Source: Paraspadella gotoi (taxonomy: Eukaryota > Animalia > Chaetognatha). From it: a DNA stretch of 64,000 nucleotides. Under the pieces are notes generated by a model. It ran no database searches and was not told where the DNA came from. It saw only the letters and a list, made by a program, of their open reading frames with translations. Location of the stretch: NCBI GenBank assembly GCA_051294375.1, contig CM119263.1:27425376-27489375 (forward strand), in the 5' to 3' direction. Shown here piece by piece: positions 14,026 to 27,108 of the stretch; position 1 is the first letter of the stretch; every line of letters begins with the position of its first letter. The translations under genes and the position numbers were made by a program.

Positions 14026-16700
14026 CCCTCCCTAGTAAGTCTCGCGTGTAAAAGAAGAGAGATCATCTCAGCGTCCAACTTCATTGTCGTTTTTTTTCTG
14101 CCTGCTTACCCCGTCATTCGTTTTCACGCCATTCCCCGCTTCGCTCTCGAACCAATTGATTAGGGGAGCGAGAAAGAAATAAAAAAGAAAGAAAGAAAAA
14201 TAATTCCCCGAAAAAAAAAGGAAAAAAGATTGTGTGTTCGAAAAATTTTTTCCTCGTTAGATGTGAGGAGTAAAAATGTTCGCTGGGGAAATTTTCGCGA
14301 TATCTCCTACGAAAAACAGGATTCGTATTCGCTCAAACACAGAAGTGGCACAGAGTGGCGCGAAATGTGGCGCTACATGGTGGTCCACGACTAAAAATCG
14401 GCGGAGTGGAAAAAGTGGTCTAAAACTATTATAGACAAACGTGTCCATTTTTGTCTTGACAGACTAGAAAACCACCTTGTTATTGCATACGAAGAGCTCA
14501 GAATATAATAGCAGCCACACATTGCGTGGAACATATTATACGGCGAGACGAAGATACAGGTGGGATGCGTGTGGGGTAAGAGCTAGTGCAAGTGGTTTAT
14601 TCGGATGGGGCTTCTGGTTGGTTTTGCGAGTTAATTAGGTCGCATATACGAAACCCGAAGTTTTGATTGTCATGTAGTGGCGTTTTCCTTATTTAGAGGC
14701 GATAAAGGATGTTCAATTGGAACTATGGGGAGAAAAAGAAATTGAATTACGGAAATCTGAAAGCCAGATTCAAGGAATTTTGGGTCGAGGTTCGGTGAGT
14801 AATTTGGTGACAGGGTGTGGAACCATCAGCCTCTGGCATTAAACGTTCAAATTTGGGATCGTATGTGGATAACAAGGTCGGCCTCTCAATGAAGTTTATG
14901 AAACTTTAATTTAAGCCTTTTTTAATATTAGATGTAATTTAAAAATTTGACGCTTCTAATCACTAATGTCAACTTTTTCTAATGGCATGATTATCCCGGA
15001 GGCGTCCTGAAATCTTTTGGTCTTTGCCACGGCTAGTGAGAAATCATTTTTAGAATGTCTTACGAATGGAAAAGACCTTTGCCATTTTTTCCAAGCATTT
15101 GTAAAACTATTGACGCTTGTGTTGACCAGTCACCATAAGTCAGGCCTGTCGTGCTCGAGAAAATGCAAGCTACGACGACACGACGACAGCACGACGAGCG
15201 ACGCCTCCTCCGGAGATCTTGAACAAAGCAGCCTCCAGGCCAAAGATCTATGTTTTGTCGTTCAGGCAGCAGGGAAGGTCAATAATCTTCTTTGTTTTGT
15301 CGTTTGAAAGAGTTAGAATACAAGGGCAGGTCGGCAGAATGGCGAGGCATGTTGTTAAAAATTCATTTGTAGAATAGTGCTAAAAAGTTGATGGGAAACT
15401 GGAAGCTTTTCCAAAATCTGATGTTGAGGTTGGGAGAAGTTGTAAATGTCACCGTCGATACGATTTTTGTCGAGTAAGAATTATGCCTGTCACCGAGTAT
15501 AGGTAAAGAGGAATTTGAGGCTGTGACGGTTTCTGGTTTAAAATTAAATGGCGATAAAAATAATAAATTCAATAAACAAAATTGTAAAGAAGAGAGGAAA
15601 AAATAATTTATGGTTAACAAAGAGATGAAAAGTAGGAATCAAAAAGAGAGAGGGAAATCGAAAGAATAAAAAAAAGAGGAAAAAAACTTAGGAGATTAGA
15701 TGAGACAGAAACTGAGCACAAAGACAAAAGGATTGGAAAATTAAGGGAAAAAAAAGAGGAAAATATAAAAAAAACTCGGCGTTTGAACCGATAATTAGCG
15801 GAGAAGTGAGGCGGCAAGGATTCCGCCTTCGGATTCGCGTCAAATAATGGGCGGACGTTCGCGAGTAATATTTTCCCAGCGACGAAAAGACGTTGATGGT
15901 GTTAACAAATCAAACGGCGCAATAAATATCAGCGCAAATCGCCGAGTTTACGCAGGTCATAAACGTACAAGTTCTTTCTTTTCGGCGATGGCGGTCGTAA
16001 TTCAAGAAAGGCAAATAAAAGAAATGAGAGGAAAGGACACACGACTCGCACAGAGGGGAAAAAATGATGACGGAAGAGAAAAAGATAGTAAAATTTATTT
16101 GAAAAAAATAGAAGGAAGATAAGTAATATAAAAAGTGGGAGGAAAATAAAGTAATCAGAAGAAGAAAAGTGAAAAAGCTGATCATTGCGCTAGTTGCGCG
16201 GATTGCCCTTTTATTTATTGGAATCTACCGAATAAATGGATGAAAGAGAGTCGGGATCCAACAGACGTCAGAGAATGTGTTCGGAGGGCGCTAGGTTAAC
16301 TCTTTGTTAGAGAATACGATGGACGAGAGAGGATGGAGATGTGAAAGGAAGAGAATGAAAAAGTAATTAAGCGCGATGCTCTCTCTCTCTCGTCATCTCT
16401 CTTCATCTCTCTCTCATCAGGCATCCTTCTGGTTTCGACCCCGTATCGCGTTCTTGCTCTTTGTCTCTCTTCTCGTATCTTCTCCTCTAATTAGTCTTTG
16501 TCCAGTTCTTATCTCTCGGCTTTATTTTCTTTGTCTGATTTTTACAGACCGTTTTAGTGTCCCCTAACAGTGCCATGAATTCGCGGAAAAAAAATTTCCC
16601 CGTAGAAACAAAAGACACTCAAAGAGAAAACTCTCTTTTTTTTGTTGTTGTGGTTGGTTTTCTTCTTTTTTTCTTTCATTATTCTTGCCTCTGTTTTCAG

Positions 16701-16771
16701 ACCGCGGACTCCGATTCAGAGGAAGACTTGGGATGGCTTTGGAGGAGAAGCTCGCGTGATTTGGGGAAAAG
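16701..16771 (+). other. Candidate 71-nt exon of an unidentified transcript
   Basis: Long pyrimidine tract ..ttcttgcctctgttttcag| and consensus donor aag|gtgagt. Two frames are open; no recognisable homology. Confidence 0.4.
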
Positions 16772-18680
16772 GTGAGTTTTTATTGCAGAGCTTTCGCATC
16801 GCAGTCTTTATTATAACTCTTTTCTTTCCTTTTCAATCTTGCTCTCTGTTTTTGTTTTTTTTATAATTTCTTTTTATAGTAAAGATGTATTAGATGGAAA
16901 TAGTAGTCTCTCGATGGCATATACGCGCATGTGTGTAGACAACATGTAGGTTGTAGTCGCATAAAAACCGTTTGTAATCAATCTTACCATATCTAAGTTC
17001 TCTTTATGTTCTGACCATTTGTGTTTGGTTTACCTGAAAAAGAAACCATTTTCTTCGAAGCTGTACTCTTTGTTGTTGTGTTATTCTTTCTTCTTCGAGA
17101 CCCCAAAAAGGCGTCGCTCCAGACGCGCGAATGTATTTTGGTTACGTGCCACAAATTTATCGCCGAGATCCGTCAATGTCCAGCAAAATCAAACAAGACA
17201 ATAAATTAAGTAGAGGGAAAGCATTTATTTGAGAAAACATCTAAAATATATACATAAAGGGTGTTTATAGAAGAAGTATTCGTGACTAGTAGCGATGCGC
17301 AGAATTCAATTGAAAGACTCTCTTTTCCTTGTCTTATCCCCTTTTCTGTCTCAGCTGCAAAAAAAAAAAAAACGCGCTCGCTTCCGCGTTATATCAATCA
17401 TTCAACGCCTAAACTCTCTCTCTCTCTCGTCTCTTCTCCAATTTATGTCTCGTCTCTCTTCTCAGTCTCTTCTCTCTCTTCTCTCTTCTCTCTCTCTATC
17501 TTCTCTCAATCTCTCTTTATATCTAATTTCTCTCTGTCCTATCAACTTTGTCCTTGCTTTAACGAATGCAAAAAAAAATGCGCAGGGTGAGTAAAACCAA
17601 GAAATGACAACAAAGGCAACAGAATTTTGCAATCGAAGTCAGCGAACAACCTTCTTCCTCAAGCGCTTTCCGCCATTTTTGCCTTCTCTCTCTGATCCGC
17701 TTCGAATCTTTGCTGTCTGTCTTTTTTTTTAAATTTCAATGTTATATATCATTGCTTAAAAATGTAAATTCAAAATACTTATAAGAATAAAAGTATTTGA
17801 AATCAAAATATTCCAAAGCCGATAAAGGACAAAAATATTCAAAAATTGAAAAATTCAAAAGAATACGGTATCAGTAAAGACATAAACAAGAGAAAGAGGG
17901 AACAAATACAGAGAAGTTTGTGGCTTCTGCGAGTCGAGCTTCAAAAGAATTTATGTTCGTTAAATAGAAGACGGAAATGCGGGGAGAGGAAATGAACTGG
18001 AAGAAGGCGCCACGAGGCTAGAGCGGGGGGTATGCGGTTGGGAGCGAAGGAGAGGAATATTATACAAGCCATGAGCCGAAAAGGAATTTGATTCGTAAAG
18101 GTTTGGCCAGAGATGGAAAGAGTTGGGACGAGTCGCTTTAGAATGGGTAAAACGTTAAGCCAGAGGAAATCGTAGTAGTACGGCGTGTGATGTTGACTCA
18201 AGTTGTCTCTTTTTGAAATGACGCATAATGGCACCTAAAATAACGCTTTAAAAGTAAAAACAGAATCGGTCGTCTGTCCTTTACTATTCTTTGATCAAAA
18301 AACCCACTATATTATTAGCCATTCTTCCTCCATCTTCTGCTCAACTAATTAAATTTCCATTGAAATTTGCTACAAAAAAAGCTCCTTACCAAAATCCTTC
18401 TTCTGCCTTGGTTAAAGATTATCAGCCTTATCTAATCACACCGCCTTAATGCGGTAGACATCAGCCGAGGACGAACTGTCGCGACTAAAAACAGAAAATA
18501 AAAGAACAACAATTATCATTTTTTCAAGTGGGGGCTTTGGGGTCTGGGCAGGAGAGGATACGAGATTCTTTTCCCACTTAATCTTTCTGTTTTTTCTGGT
18601 AACAAACGATGAGAACAGGGACAAAAGCGGGCGATGCGAAGGCCACGACGCCGGACGACGACGACGATAAAGACGACTGC

Positions 18681-18683
<3 letters not shown>

Positions 18684-18714
<31 letters not shown>
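18684..18714. repeat. (TA)n microsatellite
   Basis: Perfect run. Confidence 0.93.
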
Positions 18715-18723
<9 letters not shown>

Positions 18724-20557
18724 GTAACATATATAATACTATTATTATATATACTATATATATCTAACTCCATGCTCTTACTAAATGCCGTTTAAATTTC
18801 GATAAACTCTTCATCGTCACGAAGAGTCTAAGCGACGATTTAAATTTAAAACTGATTTATTTAAAAACTATTTAATATTTAGAATCGATTAAATTCAACT
18901 GATAAATGTGAGGAGCGTGACTGCGTCGTCAGGAATAATGACACAGAGAAGATTCGCAAGTCGCGAGAAGTATCAAGAATGAGCCTGCCTCAGTTTTCAC
19001 GTCCTTGCAATTTTTCCGCGCGAAAACGAAACGTTCTATTGCTAGTACGGATGACTCAACGAGCAATAAGGAATAACCAAATTTTCATTTTTATTCTTCT
19101 TTTTAGCTGGATGAAAGAAACCCGAAGTCAAGAACTAGGTTTTTATTTCGTCTCCGAGTCTCGCTCTTTCTGGATTTGCAAAATCGTACTTTAAAACTTT
19201 AGATATAATATTCTTTCAATTCGCGCTATTAGACGTATACATGTCCCAATGTTTTTCTGGCTGTCCAATCTACCCGAGATTGAAGCTTGATCAATATCAG
19301 GTCCTTGTGCTTTGTGCGCTGACTGAGCTCGGCCTGAATCTTTTCACTGGTCGGTTTTTACGGGCTTTTGTGCCAACAAATGAGGCATGCGCCGACGATT
19401 CCGCGTCAAAACGTCAGGAAATCCGGGATCGGACGAGTTCGTTGTCCACGGCAAAAGGTGTTGATCGAGTCCCGAAAATTTTTACTTTTTGTTCTTGCCC
19501 AAATGATGATCACATGTTGTAAAAGATAACCATTTGTTGTTGAGGTTGTTTAGTGATACGGCATTTTCCGCTCATGAGCTGAGTTGTGCCTTCGTTTTAA
19601 ATTTTCATTTTAAGTAAGCTTTTTTATTAAGTTGATTTATAGGTAAAATATTTTTTAAAAACGCAGTATCATTACGACTCACCAATTCTTCGAGGCTGTG
19701 GACAGTCTCTGCCCAATATGGCGCCAAACTCCGCCTAGATACAACTCAAACAACGCCGCATGCGGGCCGCAAAACGGAAGGAAGGCAAACCTCTCACTAC
19801 AACCTTCACTAATCTCAGATTGACGTTCGGGCTGTCGAGACCTCAAAGGTGGGGGTGTCCGCTGGAGGGAAAGACGTTCCAAAGGAATTCACGTTGACCA
19901 TCAAGGGAGTTGAGCGGCCAAGCTGGAAGGAGATTTGGGGCGCATAAAGATACAAGTTAGTCACTGGTCGTCGGGCGTTTTTGAGTGTGTTTCGATTAAT
20001 TTTCTCCAATGAATTTAAAAATACACCTTGCTATTCTTTGACTTTGTCTTCCATCTACTCAACCCCTCTTCTACTCAGCAGGTTTCCCTCCTAATTTCCG
20101 GCAAAGGGAAGTTTCCGCGGCCGGAGTCTAAATCGGTTTGGGCGTACGCGGGGCCGACGTCGCCGTCTCCCTCGATTCCAGCACGCACCTTCGGTCGATC
20201 CCGGCGTGAAAGCGTTGGGGTGTCGCGGTCGCGTCGACTTTCCCGTCTTCTATTTCTTTTCCGGAGGCGTTGGTGGCGTTCGTCCTCAACTTGCTGAATG
20301 GAGCACTGTGACAAAGAGGCGCGGATAAGCCTTGCCTGGGTGAGCGGATGAATAATCATCAAGAGATGAGAAACGCGAATTCTATAATTAAAATTCAAAA
20401 AGATAAAAAAAGAAATATTAACAGTCAAAGAATAAGAAAGAAGAATCTAAGACTAGAGAAATCAAGTCCATCCAAGATATCGAAGAATCGGAGAATCGAA
20501 AAATGCCAAGAAATGCCAAAAATGGTTGCGTTGTTTTCTTATCCGAAGTTTCTCTAG

Positions 20558-20903
20558 ATTCGTCTGCGACGAAACGAGCGACGACCGTCACGTCCGCGGC
20601 CAACCGAGCGCCCCTTTAGTCCGCCTGCGCCTCGACGTGCCGACTTTCGAGGTTCGGGTCCAAACGCGCCGAAATCCGGGTCTAGAAGGTCGATACAGCC
20701 TACGTCGCCCGCCAAAGTTGAACCCGCGTTCCAACGAAGTGGCGTCATTTGCATCGATCGCCTGCCGCGGCTGCCGTCAAAAACCGGCGTCGATTCGAAT
20801 TCGATTTAAAGGGAAGAGATTTCGCGTTCGTGGCAAGATAATTCCGGCGTTCCGCTTCGACCCTCCATCAACTGCGACCAGGGAGACATTTTCGGCGAGA
20901 ATG
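20558..20903 (+). CDS. Candidate exon of an unidentified gene
   Basis: GC/CpG-rich block bounded by tttctctag| and atg|gtgaga. One frame is open across it (FVCDETSDDRHVRGQPSAPLVRLRLDVPTFEV..., part of ORF 20526-20927). Confidence 0.3.
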
Positions 20904-21426
20904 GTGAGAGTTTGTTGGATCTGTTAATCTTAATTTCGACAGGTAATGTTCGTTGATTGACAGAATGAGGATAAATTTGTTAAAAATTGGTCAAACAATC
21001 GACAGTCCTGACGGACAGATAAACCTGGTAATTTCTCAAAAAAGTCAGGTTCCAATCACCCAACCTTCCCCAACAAGGTCTTAGCCCGCCCCCCCCCCCA
21101 CCGCCCCACATCCACCCTCAAAACGACGCACGTGAGCTTTTTTTTTCAGGATCAGCGGTCACGTCTCCTCCTTCGTCTTTTAAACTCCGCGTTTTATTCC
21201 GCCTACAGAAATCCGGCCAATCGATTTTACCGGATTTCGACGCGGAGATTTAAAAGTCGGGCGACGCGAGAATTACCTCAACACCACCTGCGAGTTTAGC
21301 CTCGCGAAGGCGAGTCTCTCGAAGGTCCTCGTTCCTGTCGCTTTAAGACGAGTAAAAAAACTTTTCAAAAAAGCTACACTTTGGGTTTTCTGTTGAAGTT
21401 ATTTGGTAATAATTTCTGTAATCCAG

Positions 21427-21639
21427 TAACGCACTGGTAAATGTTTTCGCCGTCGACGAAGCTTACCATTCCCGATTGCTTCCTTCGATTAGAAACTCGG
21501 ATCGTGGGGGACCGCTCGCTTACGTCCCTACCGCGACTTTTCCTAAACGCGTCCACCGAGTTGAACGCGTGTTTTTGGCGGGCACCGGAAATGAGGATTT
21601 CGAACGCCAGCGTCGAAGTGGAACACGCGCGTCGTCAAG
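21427..21639 (+). CDS. Candidate exon of an unidentified gene
   Basis: atccag| .. caag|gtaatg, 213 nt. Open frame NALVNVFAVDEAYHSRLLPSIRNSDRGGPLAYVPTATFPKRVHRVERVFLAGTGNEDFERQRRSGTRASS; a second frame is also largely open. Confidence 0.3.
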
Positions 21640-22309
21640 GTAATGGATAATGGTTTCAGCTGAATGGTTTGGTTGCCAAAGAGTGGCAGGAGAAGGCGTC
21701 GGGGCTTCAAATTAAAAATGTTGGGTTTGGTTCTTGGCAAAGAGGAACGGAAAATTTCTTAGCGAGGGTGGTTCAACTTGTTGCCCGTGTGTAGAGACCC
21801 ATAAGAGGCTCCGAGAATAGAGGGGGCTATTTGAAAGTGGAATGTCGTCGCCGAATAAAGGGAGCGCGGACTGTGGCGACGCATCTTAATCGACGTCAGA
21901 CAAAAAGTCAAAAACGCTTTATCCCTCGATATTTGACTTTTTTTTTTAAGAATCAACAATTTCATGAGACCTCCTTTTGCTTTTTGAAAAGAAAAAAAAA
22001 ATGATAACCGCTATATATATGTTTATTTTGCCGAGTTATTGGCTAAGTGCGTGCATTTCAATGGAAAAGTATAGGATAAATTCCGATTAAACTTTCTTTT
22101 GATTCATGAATCATCATTTTCGTTACTTACTTCTTAGATGAAAGGTTTTTAATTTTGAATAAAATATTATTTTCAATTCTCATTTTTTATCAGGAGTGTT
22201 TCTTCTCTCTTCTCTACTACTTCTCAGTCAAGTCCTGTCTCTCGGTCCTCCTTCTCTCTTCTCTTCTCGTCTCTCGTCCTCTCTCTCTCTTCTCTCGCCT
22301 ACGAGCTGC

Positions 22310-22819
22310 GACCACCGACCGGAAGGTCGACGATTCCCAAACGTTTCGGTATATTCAACACAGACTCAAATGGGACATTCCTCTCAGTTTTACTCCTTCT
22401 CGATCTCCGCAGCTTTCTTGTTACCCAAGCATAATTGTACACTGATCCTCCCTATGTAAAAGATAGATCCGTTTTTCCACAGCCCCTGGTTCCCACATAT
22501 TGACCCGGCACTAGCCCAAACCGCCCTTGCCGAATTCTCATTCCCTTCAATAAAGTAGACCTTCTGGGCGTTCCCGCCTCACTCCTTTCGCCCCGTTTCC
22601 GACCCCTAGGCCGGCGGACCGCGATAAAAGTCGATTTTAGCCCGCGAGGAGTCGATTTGCGTTCGCGGTAAACGGGACGCGTCGGGGCGGCGGTCCGGTG
22701 GTAGGCCACATTACGGGGGAAGAACATCGGGTAGACTTTAAGGGGGTAAATAGAGTGGGGAAGGGGAAAGGCCTGTCGAGGGAGGAGGGGGAGGGCGTGG
22801 TAACGAGAGAGAGAGAGAC

Positions 22820-22854
<35 letters not shown>

Positions 22855-24543
22855 TGATCTGAGAGAGAGAGAGAAGCATGAGAGAGAGAACGGAATGCGG
22901 CGATTTCCGACCAGAAAATGGACGCACAAATTGCGTTCGGCAGCATAACGTTTTCGCTCGTGTTGCGTTTCCGATTAAGTGAATCAGTTGAAAAGTTTCG
23001 GGAATTTAAGGCAAAAACCGAAATTTTTTTGTTTGTATTATTTACTAGGATTTTTTGTTGTAAAAATTCCTTCCGTAATATCACCGTTGTATTATTAATA
23101 CATATTTTGATTAGTTAACTAGTTAGTATCTTGTAGAAGAGACGCTCACAAACCAATACTTGTTTATAAAATTAAATAATAATTTTTTATTAGCGTAGGT
23201 ATACAATTCCATATTATACAACATATTCTAGTTAATATACTCTGTTCACAATGTGGAAATTTTTTAATCGAATGTGGATGATAGGAATGAGTATATTTAA
23301 AAATATACCACAAGGTCGATGTAAAAGTGATAGAGGACTAAAAGGCTAAAATGCAAAAAAAAAAAAGCGAATAAAAAAGCGAAAAAAGGAAAAAATATCG
23401 AAATATACCAAGGGATTTCAAAAACGAGAGTAGAGAGAGAGAGAAGGAGAGAGAGAGAGAGAGACGAGAGAGAGAGACTGAGAGACGAGGCGAGAGAAGA
23501 GGAGAAGACAGAGGAAGGTTAAAGAGAGGTTAAAAAAATGTTTTCCTTTTGAATGTGGGAACACGACCGGTTTCGCAGATGGGGAATGCGGTTTCAAAAA
23601 AGAGGCGGAGAGGTGAGTTGGGATTTGGGAAATTGTTAAACAAAAGCGTGTGTTGGTGATAAAGAGTTGATGTCAGAGGGTTACCCCCCCTCTCTCTCTC
23701 TCTCTTCTCTGCTCTCCTCTTTTCCGCCACCTCTTCCCCCTTCGAGCGACCAGATCTCCGAGCGAAAAGGGCTTTAGTGTAGGAACGAGATTTGAATTTA
23801 GCGTGCCGTTCGTCTGCCTTCAGTTTTTATCTCCAACAGAATCGAGTCCTCTTATTAATGAGACGAAGATCGAGGCCTGGAATTGAGTCGAAGGTGGTTG
23901 ATGGGGCGCGGTTTGTGAGAATGTGTGGTTGGGGGATGGTGGGCTTGTGGTTGAAAGGGGAGGTGGGAGAATTGGCTGGGGGTTCGATAAAGAGTTGATT
24001 GACTTTTCCGGTGAGAGGGAGATCACGAGGGAGATCACAACAGGGAGTTAGGCAAAGAGAGGTTGAGGCGTGAGGTAAAGGCCACAGGTGGGGGGCAAGA
24101 TATTAAGCATTAGATGGGTGAAACGGGTCTATAGGAAGGGGGGAAAGAGAAGGGGGGTCAATCCAGCCTGGGCAGACGGCGGAATTGTCCGCCTGTTGTG
24201 TCGGCAAGTGGGAGGACGGCCGGGCCAGAGCACAGTGGGCGATGGCCGGCTACTTTGGCGAAGGCGACGGTTCGAAATTACAGCCTTCCGTGCCCGACGG
24301 CCTGATATACAGGCAGGGGAGAATGCGCGGCGACGCGCGGCTTGGACGAAGAGACAGCATACGATCGGCGGACGAGCGCTAGGGAGAAGAAATGCATTGG
24401 AGTATTTCGTGTGGAATCGATCAGTGTCTGTTGTGATTGGTGAGAGGGATGTCTGAATGGTCACGGTGCGGACGGGAGGGGAGTGGGGCGGTTCAAGTTA
24501 AAACATCCAATGTTTGATGCGTCAGGTAGAACGGGCAGTATGG

Positions 24544-24574
<31 letters not shown>

Positions 24575-24969
24575 TAGAGGAGAGAGAGAGAGAGAGGAGG
24601 TGATCGAGAGAAGAGATAGAGACAGATGGAGGGAATTAGAAACCCCAAGAGAGGGATTAATCGCTTGAAAGTGATTCTCGAGGCGGAAAAAAATAGAGTG
24701 AGACCGACCCCGAAATGGCGTGAGGTGCTTCACGCGTGGGGGTCAGTTCACTCACTTCTTCACGAAGGAAAAAAAATTTCCTTCCTTTTCGGTTTCGAGT
24801 TTCCTAGTTTTTTTCGGAAGAAGAAGACCCCAGATCGACTTTCCGCGTGGAGCGGGTTTTTTAGCCCCCCCACTCTTTCAAAAGTTTCAAGATGTTTTGG
24901 AAAAGGATTCGTTTACTTGGTGGACGTGACAGAAGATGAGAGGGTATGAGGGAGGGAAAAGAGGAAGAG

Positions 24970-24990
<21 letters not shown>
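22310..24990. repeat. Segment S2: inverted copy at ~32350-34920, partial inverted copy at 25042-25965, partial direct copy at ~44545-45000
   Basis: 23300-23360 is the reverse complement of 25042-25100 and of 33885-33940. gaaggtcgacg..ttcaacacagactcaaatgg occurs at both 22322 and 44563. Confidence 0.9.
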
Positions 24991-25015
<25 letters not shown>

Positions 25016-25972
25016 TNNNNNNNNNNNNNNNNNNNNNNNNNTTTTTTGCATTTTAGCCTTTTTTAGTCCTCTATCACTTTTACATCGACCTTGTGGTATA
25101 TTTTTTAAATATCTCATTCCTCATCCACATTCGAGTAAAAATTCCACATGTGACAAGTATATAACTAGAATATGTTGTATAATATGGAATTGTTACCACC
25201 AATACAAAATTATTCATTTATTTGATAAACAAGTATGGTTTGGTGAGGTCTCTTACAAGATACTAACTAATCAAATATGTATTAATAATACACCGGTGAT
25301 ATTACGGAAGGAAATTTTTACAACAAAAATTAGTAAATAAAACAAAACAAAAAATTTCGGTTTTTAGCTTAATTCACCGAAACATTTTCAACTGAATTCA
25401 CTTAATCGAAACCAAACGAGCGAACGTTATCTGCCGAACGCAATTGTNNNNNNNNNNNNNNNNNNNNNNNNNNNNNNNNNNNNNNNNNNNNNNNNNNNNN
25501 NNNNNNNNNNNNNNNNNNNNNNNNNNNNNNNNNNNNNNNNNNNNNNNNNNNNNNNNNNNNNNNNNNNNNNNNNNNNNNNNNNNNNNNNNNNNNNNNNNNN
25601 NNNNNNNNNNNNNNNNNNNNGCCGCCCCGACGCGTCCCGTTATCGCGACGCAAAATCGACTCCTCGCGGCTAAATCGACTTTTTATCGCGGTCGCCGCCG
25701 CCAGGGGTCGGGAAAGGGGCGAAAGGTAGGAGGGTGGGAACGCCAGGGTCTATTTTCGGGAATGAGAATTGGGAGGGGTGGGGTAGTGCCGGGTCAAGAT
25801 GGGGGAACCAGGGTGGAAAACGGATCTATTTTACATAGGGAGATCAGTGGCAATTATTTGGGTACAAAAGCGGAGATCGAGAAGAGTAAAACTGAGGAAT
25901 GTCCATTTGAGTCTGTGTTGAATACCGAAACGTTGGGACGTCGACCTTCGTCGGTTGGTTCGGTGGCGAGAG

Positions 25973-26008
<36 letters not shown>

Positions 26009-26029
26009 AGAGAGAGAGAGAGAGAGAGG

Positions 26030-27061
26030 AGGCTTTAGGTAGCCATAGCCGATGAAATTTAAATGCTAATGTATACAGCGTTAAAATAATCTATCATGAT
26101 AGATTATGTATTAAAATATATTTTTGTCAAAATGCTTTTTTCTGAGCTACTAGGCCTAATTGAAAAATATTTATATTACTATATAGAGCAAAAAAATTTT
26201 TTTTAAATCTTCAAAATTTTTTGATGGATTCTGATAGAGCATAAAAAAGTTAAACAAGAAATAATATACAGCTTTTTAAAAAATTCTTACGTTTTATTTA
26301 TGAATATAGAAAACTGATAAAATCATCGAAGATGATGATGATGATGATTTTTTATGGTTTTTTCTTATTTTTGACACACCTTATCGTAAATATATTATAA
26401 AAAGAATTAATACTTTTTATGAGCTATCTGAATCTGGTCTTAAAATAAAAATTTATAACAAAAAATTGGCCTTTCCTATCTATAAATAAATATTAAAAAA
26501 ATTAATTACTAGGGTATAGAGCCATATTAGAAATTTTTATGTCCATTGATAAGTATTCTTAAAAATGTCTAAATATTCGTTTGAGCTTGTACTCACGTCT
26601 AAATTTTGACTCACCCATGAGTGGCGGCTACCCCTACTTCAGGCGTGGCCGCAGGAAATGGCGAAAAAATCTCAAAAAATTTCGGTTCCTCTTTTAAAAA
26701 AATTTAAAAAATCGCGGGAAATGATTCTGTTTAAAAGTCGACGCTGAGAAATTAGATCGATTATTTTCGTCTGACCTGTAGGCAGGTAGGCTGGAGAAAA
26801 AAAAACCGAGAGACGAGAGAGAGAGAGAGAGAGACGAGAGAGAGAGAGAGAGAGAGAGACGAGAGAGAGAGAAAGAGAAAGAGACAGACAGAGAGAGATG
26901 AGAGAGAGAGAACAAACCGCATTTTTTTTAATTCGATTCGAAAAAGATTAAGAGAGATAAATCTATGGTGCGGGCGTTCGCGAAAAGGGAGGCGAGAATG
27001 GAACGATAAAAATCTGGATAGACAATGTTCTCCGGTCTGTGGTGGGAGAGCAGAAAGAGAC

Positions 27062-27108
<47 letters not shown>

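Noticed and set aside
21596-21625. ISNASVEVE as the end of Robo Ig1
   Set aside because: The upstream frame lacks the D-x-G-x-Y-x-C and LFFL motifs, and there is no phase-1 donor right after it.
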